In this document: positions 36,135 through 46,116 of the stretch, piece after piece
Position numbering within the stretch: position 1 is the first letter of the stretch
How the letters are laid out: each line of letters starts with the position of its first letter
DNA from: Marsupella aquatica
Taxonomy: Eukaryota > Plantae > Marchantiophyta
Direction: 5' to 3'
Length of the DNA: 64,000 nucleotides
Assembly: GCA_973895155.1 (NCBI GenBank)
Contig: OZ316893.1
Location: 2,046,860 to 2,110,859, forward strand
Notes under the pieces: model-generated
What the model saw: the letters and a program-made list of their open reading frames with translations, nothing else
Databases searched by the model: none
Told to the model about the DNA's origin: nothing
Program-made: the position numbers and the translations under genes

Positions 36135-36487
36135 AAGTTTGGCATTCTTAAGGCCATAGATCAATGTCATGTATTATGCAAGGTAGTACGTGGTTGATGT
36201 CAAACCTAATGCATTGTCCATTTGGGAAGAAAACTCGGCCACCAATGTCTTTGATGATGCAACCGACCCTACAAAACCTCCATTGTATGGAGATTCTGCT
36301 AAGAATAGATCATACACCTCACTTTAAGAGTGCTTTTTGGCTCTTCTGACAAGCCATCACTAAGTTGAAGCTCTTTTCTTTTGTGACTTTTCTTGTCTTC
36401 TGGTTGTTGAATGTATGGCATGTCCAGAGTTGTGCCTAGATTGAATATGTTTGCAAATAAATGCTTCTCTGGATTTTTTAACAAGTT

Positions 36488-37000
36488 CTTGTAGAATTGA
36501 GGCTCCTTCTTGTGGCGTTGATCAACTTCTCCGACTAGAAAGTTTGGCTAGTCATGAAATCCAGTGACTCTCGGCACAACTTCATGCCTGTCCTCCCCCA
36601 TTACCAGCTTGGGGTTTATCAACAACCGTATCCATTCTTGCCTTTTTTGCTTTCCTTTTGCTACCTTCTTTTGATTTTCCAACTAGTCCTTGTAGGATTG
36701 AAACACCTGCACTGAGTGTCGATCCACTGCTCCAGCTAGACATCTTGGCCTGTCATAAAATCTAGTGAGTCTTGGCACAAATTCAAGCCTGTCTTCCTCC
36801 ATCTCCGACGTGGGGTTTATCAACGACTGTATTCGTTCTTGCAATTTTTGCTCTTCTTGTATTTTTCTTGATTTTTTGACGAGTCCTTGTAGAATTGAGG
36901 CACCTGCTCTTGGGATTGATCTGCTACTCTCGCTAGAAAGCTCGGTCTGTCATGAAATCAAGTGAGTCTTGGCACAACTTCAAGCCTGTCCTCCCCCATT
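36488..37000 (-). repeat. Tandem repeat of about 200 bp, about 2.5 copies, with decayed coding appearance
   Basis: Units start CTTGTAG(A/G)ATTGA at 36488, 36689 and 36886. The minus strand reads ASILQGLVKKSRKIQEEQKLQERIQSLINPTSEMEEDRLEFVPRLT. Confidence 0.8.
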
Positions 37001-37148
37001 CCCAACATGTCCTCCCCCATCCCCCAATACTGGCATTGAACCTCTCCTGCCTAGCTCTAGGATCGATCCGACTATCAACAACCAAACTAGGCAGACATGA
37101 GTTGCAATGAGTGCTGCTTTAATACATGATTGATTGAACAATTATAGG

Positions 37149-37169
37149 TTTAGGGTTTAGGGTTTAGGG
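37149..37169 (+). repeat. Interstitial telomeric repeat (TTTAGGG)3
   Basis: Three exact units seen directly. Confidence 0.9.
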
Positions 37170-37960
37170 CATACATAGCTTAGAGGACCAAGATGATTTT
37201 GTAGCTAGTCAGTTGCGCATTATATTAAGTTACCAAACCTTTTGTCCTTGCCTTTACAGGTCCTTGGCATCTCTTGCCTAAAGCAATGCTTGTATGCTAA
37301 GTAGATCTGCATATTTTGTCAGTGTTTTCATGATCTATTTGTGTTCCCACTGCAGATGGAACACCAAGAGTTTCAAATTGCTATTCAACAGATGGCAGGA
37401 TAAAAAAAACCATTGTGGAGCAGGCGTTCTCACAATGCTCCACATGTAATGTATTCCTTGTGTTTTACCAAGAATGTTTTGCTATACAATAACATCAATG
37501 TCTTCTTCCCTTTGTTTTGTATACAATGACACCATTGTCTTTTGTGTTTTCATATACAATGACATGAATATTTTGCGTGACTGTGGATTGCAATAGCAGG
37601 TGCGTGCACCGCTTGGACCTTTGGATCCAAATACTCTCTAGAGGAACACAACCATGGCAAAAAAACCTAGGACAATCGCATAGCATAGCAACGCGTGGCT
37701 ACCTAGGTTGCATGCCCCAAGGAACAATCCTGATACGGAAAAGTGAGAAATCCATCTTCCACAGGAGTGTGCGGGAAATTGTCTAGGTTTAGGCCATCTC
37801 CAGAGTACAATGAAAAAGGTTTTGATTGTTCAGCCTACTGCTAATTTAGGGTCCGTTGTCATAGACAAGCTCATAGCAGGGCGCATACCATTACCTTGTG
37901 TGATTTGAAACACACTTGTCCAACATCAAAACACAAGTGGAGGGCCGGGCCCTTCCTCAA

Positions 37961-38221
37961 GGGGTTAATTAAGTGTATATTTTGGGGGTACCACGTGCAA
38001 TCCTAGCCTAATATAAAGAAACCTATTTTTATAGATTCCTCATTTTTAATATAGATAACCTATTTTATTTTATAGAAGGTATCTATTAGAGAATATTTTA
38101 TAAACATGAGTTTATAATGCCTTCGTTTGCCTCCTACGCTTTTTAAGAATTTGGTTAATTTCTATCAAAAATGCATATTTTGGATCACACATGATTCCTA
38201 AGATTTTGATAGTCAACCCCC
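37961..38221. mobile_element. AT-rich MITE copy B, nested inside the MuDR element
   Basis: GGGGTTAATTAAG ... TAGTCAACCCCC, the inverted homologue of 35863-36134. Confidence 0.75.
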
Positions 38222-38399
38222 AGAGGGTCCTTCACAAAAAGCAATGTGGTTGGGAAATACATTGGCACCTATAGTATGTAGAAATCTAAAGGTGCTTGTG
38301 AAGGAATTGCAATGTGGGTTTCAGGGGGACTACCGAAAAATAGCACTTACCACTAGATGTGGCAAGCAAAACTACATACTAGATTTGCATCTTGGTGGG

Positions 38400-40240
38400 C
38401 AGGAGGATACATTTTAGATGAATCTGACATTGATTGTGAAGGTGAGAGAGACTGACCCTAGTGCAGTGGTTGTCTGGTCCTCAATGGAAGACTCAAACGT
38501 TCTCGCAAACATTTTCTGCCAAATATTCATTTGCTATCAGCAACACAAAAAGCATGTAACTATATTCAACCTCTAATCTCTCTTGATACATGTCATACAA
38601 AGAATAGAATGTACTCCCACTCTATTATTCATAGCTACATGTTTTGATGGAAATTGACAAGGGTTGATTATGTGTTACGTAGTAGCTCTAGTGGAGAACA
38701 CTAAGAATTTGATCTAGTTTCTTGAATTAGTTGATAGATCCATGTATGACATTGAGTCGCCTGACATGCCACTCATATTAGACCGACAAAAAGGTCTACT
38801 TGCCACTGACTGTGAGTTACATGTGGCCAGGTAAGATACATGAAGCATGTGCAAACCACCTGAGAGAAAATATCAAGGCGAGGCATGACAAGCAGCAATA
38901 GACATTTTTACAAGATGCATATATGCCAATGATGAAAAATAGTAAGTCAAAAAGCCTCCATTGCTTTGATTCCCACAAATTTTGGATACATTCCCATATT
39001 CTTGATTTTGAATACACTAATATATATATTTCCTTTGAATACATAACGTGAAGTATGCATTCACACAACTGTCTTCTTTGTGCATGACATGATATATTGT
39101 ATGCATTAACATCAATGTTTTTCTTATGTACCTGGATCAGATATGAAGCTTGTTTGAAGCGGCTCATAGAGTTTGCAAAGACACTAAGAATGAGAATGCT
39201 GCAGACTACATCCAAACTTTTGATGAGAAACTTTATGCTAGGCGTGCCTTTCCACTTCCCCGCATGGCAAAGTCACAAGCAACCCTATTGAACTTGTAAG
39301 CAAATTTAAACTTACTCCCCTTGCGCAAATTTGCACCCTACAAGTTGATGGAGCACATGTGGGTATATGTTTAGCGTGCAAAAGTTTAAAGAAAGGAAAG
39401 CAGTTGCGTTGGCTAGACAAGAAGTACTCACTATTCTAGCTTTGCTGAGGGACAACAAGAATCTGAAGAGTTTGGTCAATGGTAGGTAACCTTCATGCCT
39501 GGTCTTGGGTATGCATTACTAGCAAAGTCTTTTGTATACTCTAACATGGATGTCATCTTAATAGCTACATGTTTAATTAGAATGTACACTAACATGAATG
39601 TATTTTCTATTTATATAGATTCCTAATAGCCAGCTTTTGACATCCTCAGGTGTTTGATGATGGTGCGTCTACAACCAAGGTTCAAGTTACATTGCAGAGC
39701 AAGGAGTACCTAGTGTCACTATCACCAAAGAAGCGTTTCACCTGTTGGGAGCTGCAAGAGATGGTGTGGCCATGTGAGTATATAATGGTGTGGGATGACC
39801 AGGAAGGCAAAACAATTTTTGCTCATTTTCACAGATGTTGGTGGACTCCTTCAATTAGGGCTTTGTATGACAATGTTTTAATTACGTAGTTTTATTGTAA
39901 CACACTTAATGACAAGTCCAAATTGTGTTGCTCCTGTGGCTACTGTGAAAAGGGGCAGACATAGAATGGTTTGTGTTGAACAGTGTTGTGGAGGGGGGAG
40001 GCATCCACCCGGGGCTCTTGGAGAAGGCAAAGATTCTATATTTGACTCCCTTGGACAACTCTTCTTGAGATATATCCACTAGATGATGATCCTAATAGGG
40101 TGAAACCCTTTTCACCAACAAACACTATTGCTCAATTGTTCAAGTTCAAAGGGCAAAGAACGTAGGTGCTAATACTAGGAAGTGCATGTGAAGTAAGCGT
40201 GGGCAGGTTGGACACAACCAAAGATCTTGTGATAAACTCC
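38400..40240 (+). pseudogene. MuDRA-type transposase pseudogene
   Basis: Broken frames give, in the expected order, VRETDPSAVVVW, DGN..VVALVEN..FLE, ILDRQKGL, CANHLRENIK (MULE domain), YLVSL..TCWELQEMVWPCEY (SWIM-like), KRGR and CM*SKRGQVGHNQRSC (Zn knuckle). Confidence 0.82.
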
Positions 40241-41211
40241 AAAGTGCAAGGCCAACAGTAAGAATCTAAGAGATATAGTCTTCTTGTGTATATCATTAGT
40301 TGTGGGGTTCATGTGTGCTCTCACGTCAAGGTCTTATTCTAGTTAAAACTACCTTGATATGCAGGTAAATAATGGTGGTGAACTCAATTTGGAGCATCCA
40401 CCAATGTCACCCTTTCCTTGGGAATACGAACAAATCGCACACAATAATGGTACGTGCCCAGCTGTGAGCTTGCCTATGACAACAGACCCTAAACGAGTAG
40501 TAGGCTGAACAATCAAAACCTACTTCATTTAACTCTGGAGGTGGCCTGAACCTAGAAACTCCCTACACACTCCTATGGCAGATGGGTTCCTCGCTTTTAC
40601 TGTATCAAAATTGTTCCTTGGGGCATGCGACCCAAGTAGCCACACACCGCTATGCTACACTATTGTCCTGTAGGTTTCTTTGCCACAATTGTGTTACCTA
40701 CCCGTAATACTCGATCTGCTCCTAAACGGAGTAGAGCAACTTTGCTGTCAAAACCGGTCTCATTCCTCAACTCCCGTGCAAACTACTCAGAGAAGTGCTT
40801 CACAACAGAGAAAACTAGATTACGCACACTAGACAAACACAGCGCGTTATTAAATCTAGGTCATTATCCTTACCACCAGAACCAAGTAGTTCAAATTAGT
40901 CGGGTTGTACATCATAAATATATTGTATAGTTTATGTTTTGGGTATGGAGCTCATTAACTTGACATAAATTTAACACACCACTCAGACAAACCTCCTTCT
41001 CATCCTCCAAGTCTCCTTTGCTTCCACCATTGCCATTTCCTTCACTAGCCGGCTTAGCATCAACGCCAGATGTTCCAAGTCCACTCTCACTTTCCACCCT
41101 TTACTCTAAATGTCTGCGATCACCTTTCAGTGAATCCCGAAATGCGTAGGAAACCAAAAAGGCATCGGAGGACATAAAACTCCGAACAGCTTTTCAGTAC
41201 ACTCCCATTTA

Positions 41212-41850
41212 AGATTTTTGAATTTATAATAATGCCATCATTTTTGTTATATTTACAAAAATGTCACAGTTTCCGTATATAGTTCCCCTAGTTACCTCGG
41301 GAAACTTATCATCCATATACGTAAAGACTTTCATGACTTTTCTCTTTGTATATTTGAGTGCATTAATTCTCCATAATGCACCCCTTTTTTGAGGAGGGGA
41401 TTATACAAAACACCATAAATATAGTAAAATTAAAAATTAAATATAGTTTTACCACACAAAAAAATTTAGTCAAGATCTCAAGATGATAACCAAATCTTAT
41501 ATGGTGATACTAACAAAATATCTATGAATAGAATCTAATATACATAAAGAAAGTATATTTTTGGCAAATTTCATAGCAATCATTTCTTGGATGACCCTTT
41601 AATTTGAATTTACTATTTTAGGGATTCACTTTTTCTTGTTTGTTGTAGAAAAGTCACTCAAGTTTTTATGTAGATTAATGTCCTAGTGTTACGGGCATTA
41701 TGAAAATAATACCCTCAAAACTTGGGCTATTGCCCTCATTTTTCAGGCCCTTATATTCCACAATGCTCTCTAACCAGGACATTATCCTATTGGAAATAGT
41801 GACATTTTTATAAATCAAAATAAAATAAAATTGTCAATTAGAAAGTTTTA
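41212..41850. mobile_element. AT-rich non-autonomous element with degenerate TIRs
   Basis: ATTTACAAAAATGTCACAGTTTCC (41251-41274) versus the reverse complement of 41792-41815 (ATTTATAAAAATGTCACTATTTCC). Ends are approximate. Confidence 0.5.
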
Positions 41851-42495
41851 GTGGCAAAGTAGCAAATACTTAAAAGCTGAAACTATGAAACGCGTTACTG
41901 CTGGTTCAGCATAAGCCGAGTTAAAGCAGCTTTGCCAAATTGCGAGTTCCTTCGAAAATCGGACGAGGAGAATGAAGAACACCGAATCAGCCTCCGATTG
42001 TATTCTCCTCTGCTGCCTATGGTACCGTACACAGCAGCAGAATCGAAGCTCGTCGGAGAAGATTTGAGTGGAAGCAGCCACAGTGGCGCTGCTGCTCACA
42101 CTCTCGGAGGAATAGTGGAGTAGAGCTCATGCTGCTGCTCCTGGAATCGGCTTGGACTGGAAATTGTGATGCCTCCTGATCAAAAAACAGTTTCGGCATT
42201 AGGACCTACAGTACCCTGTGCCTTTCGAAAAGTTCTTCATTACCTTTCGCTGTCTGTCAAGGGCGAATGAACATTTTACCTCTCGATTGAACGAAAGGAG
42301 CCCAGGCGTTTGAGCACAGGGAAGCAGAGGAGAAGCGAGGAGAGGAAAGTTGACAGATTGTGTACCTTCGTAGGATTCATGGGGCCCCACACTGGTTTGC
42401 TATTTATTACCCAGTGAAGTGCTCATTTCGAGGCAACCGAAGTTGACAGACATTTTTGCCGCTCAGAGAGAGAGAGATTTAGGGGTTTGCGAGCT

Positions 42496-42681
42496 ATGTT
42501 GAAGAGGAAGCCCACAAAGATTGAGTTGAAGGACTTGGACGACAAAGAGGAATTGGAGGAGGCTCGACGCCGTGCAGCTGCTGCCGCGGCCGCTGCAGCC
42601 GCTGCCACCGGCTCCACCTTGCCTGCCGAGCCTCCCCGCCAGAAGCTCACGGTCGCTCAGCGAATTGGATTCAGCAAATAG
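42496..42681 (+). CDS. CDC26: APC/C subunit CDC26 (61 aa), upstream ORF of the TTM3 locus
   Basis: MLKRKPTKIELKDLDDKEELEEARRR matches the CDC26 N-terminal signature, and it ends with the plant-type ..RIGF. It lies 182 nt upstream of TTM3. Confidence 0.92.
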   Translation: MLKRKPTKIELKDLDDKEELEEARRRAAAAAAAAAAATGSTLPAEPPRQKLTVAQRIGFSK

Positions 42682-42863
42682 CGCACACATTCTCTGTCAA
42701 TGCTGAATCTATATCCGAGGTGTGTGGCATTTCTGCCATATTGAGTTTCCTCGGTGTGTAATATTGTTTTTGTGTACATTGGGCCTTCATTCCGGAACTG
42801 TGGTGGATAAAGTCAATTGCTGTAGGTCTTGAGGGAGAAGGAAAAGTGGAGGGGGATTTAAGG

Positions 42864-43460
42864 ATGGAGATCGAGGTCAAGCTGAAGCTCTCAGGCCCGG
42901 AGGCGCATGAAAAGGTGGCAATGCTCTTGAAACCCTATCACGAGGTGACGCACATGCAGGAGAATGTGTTCTTCGACGGTGCTAACAAGGAGATGAGCTC
43001 GAGGAAGGCGGTGTTAAGGCTCCGTTTCTACGACGAAGATAAGAAGTGCGTTGTGACCTACAAGGGGGACGCGGTGATCGAATCAGGGATCAGTCGAGGA
43101 GAGGAGCTGGAAGAGGAAATCGACGTTGTTCGGGGACGAGACTATGTCGCTTACCCTAAGCGTATTGCAATCTCCACCTGCCAATTGTTAAAGACGGTGG
43201 TCTCCAGCTTTGGAGCTACGGATTTTATCTGCTTGGGCGGATTTCGGAATATTCGGAATGTGTACAAATGGGAGGGGTTGAAGGTCGAACTGGATGAGAC
43301 ACAGTTTGATTTCGGAACTGCCTACGAAGTGGAGTTCGAAGACACTGATCCTAAAAGAGTTCGGCAGCTTTTAGGTAATCTGTTGGAATCGAACGGAATT
43401 GAGTACACCTATTCCACCAAATCCAAGTTCGCAGTGTTTAGATCTGGCAAGTTTGATTGA
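42864..43460 (+). CDS. TTM3: Triphosphate tunnel metalloenzyme 3 (CYTH domain, tripolyphosphatase), single exon, 198 aa
   Basis: MEIEVKL (ExExK motif), QENVFFDG, VLRLR, GISRGEELEE, LGGFRNIRNVYKW, ELDETQFDFG..YEVEFE and SKFAVFRSGK. Confidence 0.95.
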   Translation: MEIEVKLKLSGPEAHEKVAMLLKPYHEVTHMQENVFFDGANKEMSSRKAVLRLRFYDEDKKCVVTYKGDAVIESGISRGEELEEEIDVVRGRDYVAYPKRIAISTCQLLKTVVSSFGATDFICLGGFRNIRNVYKWEGLKVELDETQFDFGTAYEVEFEDTDPKRVRQLLGNLLESNGIEYTYSTKSKFAVFRSGKFD

Positions 43461-46116
43461 GTGGACTATGGTAAGCAGGCTCCAGAGTGATGTAGAAATC
43501 ATATTTTCTGCTGTAAAATCTAGAGGCCAGTTTTGACGGCCCCTGCATCGTGAAGGTGTGCCATTGATTAATAGCACGTATGAATTGCCTTTATGCGAAT
43601 GGATTTTGAGGAAAGAACTACTGGTTGTTATCGCAATTTTGCACCCCACGAGATGAGTTAGGGAAAAGTGGATGGTTTTTAATTTATGTACGTATTCTTT
43701 TAAATTTGAGGAACAAACCTCTTACGAAACATAGTTAATTCTGACAAGTGAGGATTCGCTTCTTGTCAGCACTGCCTCTCTGGTCTAGAATTGGGCCTTA
43801 CTGCTGAGTCGACTTTTGCAGTGGAATTTCAAGTTATTCACTGACGTGAAATTAGCATTATCTTTCCCATGCTGACATCAGCTCAGAATGGATCATCGTC
43901 AAGAAGAGATTGTTTCAGTTTCTCGTCCGAATCCAGATTCTGAGTCTACAGCTGCAGTCTGCTGGTATGAGAAAACGGTGCATTGTCAAACAACTTAGTT
44001 GGTTACACATGATGACCTGTTTGATTACATTTTCCATCGAAGTCGCATCATGTTACTCAGCTCTTCCGGCTGCATGGAAGGTTCCAGGCCGTGTTCCTTG
44101 GATGCTGTCACCGTTCTTTATTTGGCTCTCACGACTTAATTTGATAGTCTACGCCTTTCTGAGCATCCCAAGTTGGGAAATCTCCAAACACTGCTCGCTA
44201 TTCCTGACTTTCTTCGAGTCGGATCATGAAAAGGAGAGGTTTGCTGACAATTCTGCCAAGCAGTCTGTCGGAAGCGTTAAGAATGTGCTAAGAAACGGGT
44301 CATTCACTGGAGCAAGTCTTGCAACTCCAACTATCTCACGTTTCCAGAGGAGTCAAGCCGCTGACCTTTCCCTTCTCAGAACTGTCGTTTGGGCGCTTTC
44401 CGTAGTCAGTTTGGTGTCGACCACGAGACTGTACAACGATCCTGCTGTGTGTGCCAAGAAATTGAGCTCCACCTGCCAGCAGACAGGTACTGTATTCAAC
44501 TCACGTGCAGAATTCACGCCTACATCTGCGAATTGGTTCTGGAGACAAAGAACACTACAGCACGAGATGCACTGGTTGCTAGACTTCTCTGGTACGAAGC
44601 AGTATGAGAGATTCGTCTTCCGATCTGAATAGCATGAAGCAAGTGGGTTTTAGTGCTAAACGGTACCAAAAGGAATGGATCGTTTGGACAACTGTTCTCG
44701 AGAGATAACAAATTACTTGATGCACCCACTTTCAAACGTGGACTGGTCCCACTAGAGAGCGTCGAGAGTAAGGAGAACTTGCTTAAAAGTCAATCGCTTG
44801 TGCACATCTTGTCTTTGTGCTATGGATATGGAATTTAATTTACAGTTTTTCCATGCAAACTAGGTTTTCATAAAATTTAACCTTCAACTTTGCCCTTGAT
44901 AAACAGCGGATTGTCTTTTTTTGGGTTTGGTAGAAGTGTCTGGGATCTTTCCATTGGGTCTAATATTGTGAATTTCATTCTTATTTCCAAATATTACTGC
45001 CTTGCTGTTAACATTTTACGCCTTTGTGTACGCGTTTATCACCTAATTCCGTGTTGCTTGGCTGCTGTGTACACTCTCATTCCTTTGCCGTGTGCACTCG
45101 TTTGCCTTCCCTGTTATACTCCGATCGTCCAAGGGCTCCTCTCCGGGTGTGAGTGATCTGGCTTTTACAAGTTCAATTGACGTCAACATTAGTCACTTGT
45201 GGGTTTGTAATAGTCAATTTTTGTGAGAACCATTTGCGAACCTCGGATTTGTGTTTAAGAACACGCATCAAGGTGACGCTGGTGAGGAATTCTGATCCAT
45301 GAGATCCTTAATTAACGGCAGATAGAAAATGCTTGCTAAAGACACAAAGCACCTGACAACGCTGACAGCGAATAATTGAGTCAGGAAAAGTTGGCAAGGA
45401 CTTTCGCTTATACTTAAAAGTTCACACTGTACGAGCCCGGATGAGACTGGCTGTGCCTACGCCACCAACTGCAGTCATTAAATGGAGCAAAGGATCCTCT
45501 TGAATCAAACAGTCAGTAGCCAACCCGTGTAACCTCATCCAGTCATACCGGCATTTTGTGTCATCTGTTTGTGGACATTTTCACCATACTGTGCATGCCA
45601 AAGAACCATAGCTGTCTGACACAGCCAATTTCCCTCACATGTCCTCAGGGACAGAGGACTGATGAATGATTCTTGACTCCATGGTACCTCGGGAGTCGGG
45701 GAACACCCTACATCGATGCAATACTTTACGTTGACTAGGGGACGACAACGTATGAGTGGAGCATTCATCTTAGACAACTCGAGACAGATGACTTGCATTA
45801 CTGACATGAAAGATCGACCCAGCTTCCCCTAAAAACTTCCAACGTATCCAAAGGACCTTTTATCTCAAAGACAACTGGAATATTGTCGGTCAGTCTGGTG
45901 CACTGTTCTAATATCTTGCATTTGTCCAAGTTTACGTGACTGACATGTTTGGGTACACGAGGCTTACGCGAGGCCTGCTTAGCCGGTACACCGCCATCCC
46001 CAGTCAAGACATGATAACAAGACATTTTCCCTTCCTGCGGATCTTGCTCACTCTACTCCAAACTGGATATTCAGCTTCTGGATCAAAGGCCACTAAACAA
46101 GGCCAAGGGATGACGA

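Larger units (their letters stand above)
34720..37285. repeat. Dispersed direct repeat of about 320 bp (34720-35040 and about 36908-37285)
   Basis: Collinear blocks CCTCTCCTGCCTAGCTCTAGGATC, ACTATCAACAACCAAACTAGG, AATACATGATT.ATTGAACAAT and CAGGTCCTT.GCATCTCTT. Confidence 0.88.
37577..40761 (+). mobile_element. Decayed MuDR/Mutator DNA transposon with TIRs of about 330 bp
   Basis: About 37577-37910 is the inverted copy of about 40430-40761 (for example GCATGCCCCAAGGAACAAT/ATTGTTCCTTGGGGCATGC and GGTTTTGATTGTTCAGCCTACT/AGTAGGCTGAACAATCAAAACC). Transposase remnants lie inside. The TSD is not recognisable. Confidence 0.85.

Noticed and set aside
43910-44632. 240-aa ORF downstream of TTM3 (possible third cistron)
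   Set aside because: Non-ATG start, no recognisable motif and atypical composition. A donor-like GGTAAG right after the TTM3 stop suggests 3' UTR or intron sequence.
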